A stretch of 64,000 nt of DNA. Origin: Oculina patagonica. Its lineage: Eukaryota. The DNA is taken from assembly GCF_052425735.1 (NCBI RefSeq), contig NC_135767.1, positions 21,328,001 to 21,392,000 on the forward strand, read 5' to 3'. The notes beneath the pieces were generated by a model. That model made no database searches and was not told the DNA's origin. It worked only from the letters and a program-made list of their open reading frames with translations. A program made the position numbers and the translations under genes. This document shows positions 60,870 through 64,000 of this stretch, in pieces. The stretch's first letter is position 1, and each line of letters begins with the position of its first letter.

Positions 60870-61660
60870 TAAAATGCACGAAAAACTTCTGCTCTGTGTA
60901 CTTAGAGTCTGTGTACTCTGTGTACTTAGAGTCACGTCGTTTTTTATTTGGTCAAAAAATTTAAAACACCTTTTCTTACTGTGATATTAAAGGGCCCGAA
61001 AAACTACTGCTTAGAGTCAAGTCGTTTTTTAGTTGGTCCAAAAATTTAAAACACCGTCAAGTTTTTAATGCAAAATTTAAAGTGCCCGAGAAACTTCTGC
61101 TTTGTGTACCTAATTTAGTCACGTCGTTTTAAATTGGTCGAGACTTTAAAAACATTAACAACCTTTTTAAAATACCGGAGAAAGTTCTGCACTTTGTACC
61201 GAGGTTACTCACGTCTATTATGTTCTAAAGTTAGATACATCGTGTTTTTATTTATCTATACAAATAATTGCTCTTTCAAAATGCACGAGAAACTCCTGCT
61301 CCGTTTACTTAGTTCAGAGTCACGTCGTTTATTAATTGGTCGAAAACTCCGGCTTGTTTTTAATTGGTCCATATATTAAAAAAATGAACTGCCTTATTTT
61401 ATTAAAATACAGGGGCACCCAGCAGACCGTTTCGTTGTAAATTCGGGTAATAGTATTTTGGTCCCTAAAATTTTCTGAAGTTTGAAAGTTCCGCTAGCGT
61501 ATCCGAAAAGATACACTTTTCTTAGCGTTTAAAAATAAGGCTTTAAATCACACAAAAAGGACACTTATAACTTACTTCTGCTCTGTGTACCTAGGTTACT
61601 CAAGCATTTTTTAATTGGTTGAGAAATTAAAATATCTGAGAAACTTCTGCTCTGTTACTC
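60870..61660 (+). repeat. Degenerate tandem repeat of about 90-110 bp
   Basis: Recurrent aaacttctgctctgtgtac(t/c)tag..tcacgtcgtttt..attggtc motif, at least 6 times. Confidence 0.75.
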
Positions 61661-64000
61661 GCGTCCGTCTTTAGACGGAATGACGAAATTACGAAAGCGA
61701 CATGCGGACCATTCTTAGTTGCGACATGACAAGCTTTGAAATTGAGACGGGAGACATGTATACCTACCCTAACAGGGCCTCACTTGACTCGCGCAGTGCC
61801 TGTCTTCACACAGGATTACAAATGAGTACCAGTGATCTGTTATGGAACATTTACAAATGTTAGGGAACCTGCGGATGTGGGCTTGAGAGCCGAGTTCGAA
61901 TTGAGCTTAGTATCTGCGCATAATACATGTATAATGTTCGTTTTTTTGCTAGTTTTTTCACTCGATGTAAAAATAAACTTACTATTGATGACAATAATTT
62001 AGAATGCCCGATTCAGTGTTTCATAATATATTTTTCCTTTTTGAAAGTCTCTTACGAGCAAGCTTAATGCATTGTGGCAAAACCCATCATTACTTGTAAG
62101 GCTTGGACATTTAAAACAAACAAAACAACCCATGAAATATAAGAAAAGTTGACTGATTGTTACCTTGAATTTGAATCTTGCAGGATGCTTCACAAGCGCA
62201 TCGAATACGTAGGTGATAAATGATTAGTTGCGACTTGTTTTGCCAGTTTTAAACTTTTATTAAATGTGGGCCGTCTTTATCAAGGGGCCGTCTTTATCAG
62301 CTTTAATGCTTCTCTCAAATTAAATGCAAATGCCTTTGCATTTTAATAACGGGAAGTCTTTCGAGACAGATGGCACAATTTGAAAATGAACTACCTTAAC
62401 TTTCCAATACAGCACTTTATTAGGGCGTTTATCTTTACAAAATCGCGGTGTTTTGTTTTAGCTTTCGACAAGACTTGAATCACTGCCTAAATTGTACATA
62501 AAAGTTGTCGGTATATGTTTTCAGTTGATAGAACTCTCTCAGAATATGTTAATTGTCGGAAAACTGTTTAATTAACAGACTGAACTGGCTAAAAAACTGA
62601 CATCAAATAATACAAACGGCGCCTTTATGTCCATTGCTTCTTCGGTTTGTATTGTGATTAAAATGAGACTAATAAGAGGATATGCTCAAAGTCTAATTAA
62701 CCACACTGACATGAAGTTTTCAGACAACAGCTGTCGCACTTTATTAGTCAGCCTCCGTTTCGATCACTTGAAGCGAAAAGTTTTTCCTTTTTTTGTTATA
62801 TACGCGCCTGGGAGCGGCTGAGGCATTTTGAAAGCTATGATTATAGCGAAGATTGCTGTGGCACAAAACAGCAATAATTTGTTAGTCGCCAGGATGTGTA
62901 GTTTAACAGTCTTTTCTATTGACATCAGGTTAACAAGCTGCACACAGGATCAAATACTTAATATGTTGGTTTTCAATTATTTGAAAAGCCTAATTATATA
63001 TTTATTTTGGGAATCTTGCAGTGTTGCAGAGATGAAATGAAGACGAACTGTTTTATCGTAATACATTGATAAAATAAGTTAGTTCCGTCAGCGATGATGT
63101 TTGCAAAATAGCCGTCCCTTTCTAGTGTAATCAACGAGGAAAGTACGTAGAAATAGGAATATGAAGGCGCACTTCTAGAACCGCAAAGTAGGGCGGGTAT
63201 ATATGTTTAGATGACTCTCAGTGATTGAGGAGAATTGGGGCGAGTGAAAGCCTGGTCCCAATTCTCTTTTCGTCTTTTTTGACACGCCCCAAAGATCGCT
63301 CCGCGTTTAATTGATTCAACGAGCCAACTTATTGATCGTTCGCAAAGAACAATTTGTTCTAGTCAGTAATAAAACAGTAACCGCTGTATTATCGATGATA
63401 CATGATAAATGATAGCGATATTCGTTGCCTCGTCAACTGTCACTATCCGGTTTTGTCTTTTCGAGAATTAAATTATCAAGAAATATTTCTTAATCTTTCT
63501 CCGAAACTTCAGAGAAACAAGAAAACGCCACCATTTTTTAGACAATCTCCAGCCACTGCGTACTAATGACTGACAGCATACAAAATATCTCAGCAATGAG
63601 ATTACAGCATTGCATTAGCCAACTAGTACAATTTTTCTAAAACTCTATAGAAACACGAAATATTTGCAACAGATATTTTTATTTTCAAGGGGAATCTGTT
63701 TTCGTTACGGAAAGGTTAGAATGGAAGCCAGCTACCATAAAATTGTGTTCACGAAAAGAGTGTTATCGCTTCTCGAGTGCTCTCCAAACTCCCGATTGCA
63801 TTCATTACTTGAAAGATGCACAGCTATATATAAGTATCGATCAATATTTTTGGCAATGAAAGCGTCAGGGATCGAGAATAAGTCGCTAGGTTGGTGTGTC
63901 AAAAAAATAAAGACTGATTTCAGCTTTAATGTAATTCAATATTTGTTGCATAACATGTTTTACATACATAATGTACGCTTTATCTCGACAAATTCAACAT

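Overview
Eukaryotic genomic DNA with spliceosomal introns. It is most likely from an anthozoan cnidarian (stony coral); this is inferred from the repeat families and intronless orphan GPCRs. There is one 255-nt N gap. Gene content, left to right: (1) the 3' 15 exons of a CFAP92/KIAA1257-like ciliary gene (+, 646-12942). (2) A five-exon minus-strand gene (14452-18822) that the ORF track shows only as a coiled-coil fragment. When spliced it encodes a 286-aa protein with a centrosomin motif 1 (CM1/gamma-TuNA, TIKDHETLIQELKKENFDLKLRLY), a short coiled coil, an LC8-type TMT motif and a basic tail. This looks like a miniature CDK5RAP2/myomegalin/Cnn-like gamma-TuRC activator and is the top finding. 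(3) A complete 18-exon srGAP gene (F-BAR, RhoGAP, SH3; +, 25231-46812; 997 aa). (4) A minus-strand tandem cluster of three intronless class A GPCRs plus two relics, all intact copies with TQY in place of DRY, Lys at 7.45 and DPFVY. Introns and spacers contain many non-autonomous transposons: CORE-type tRNA SINEs (one very young), TTAA Kolobok-like MITEs including a 1.85-kb foldback, Harbinger-, Tc1/mariner- and hAT-like MITEs, RTE LINE ends and minisatellites. Several short tracts have lost T residues on the + strand, most likely through an assembly or gap-filling artefact. All exon models were read by eye from GT-AG sites and frame continuity; no database searches were run.
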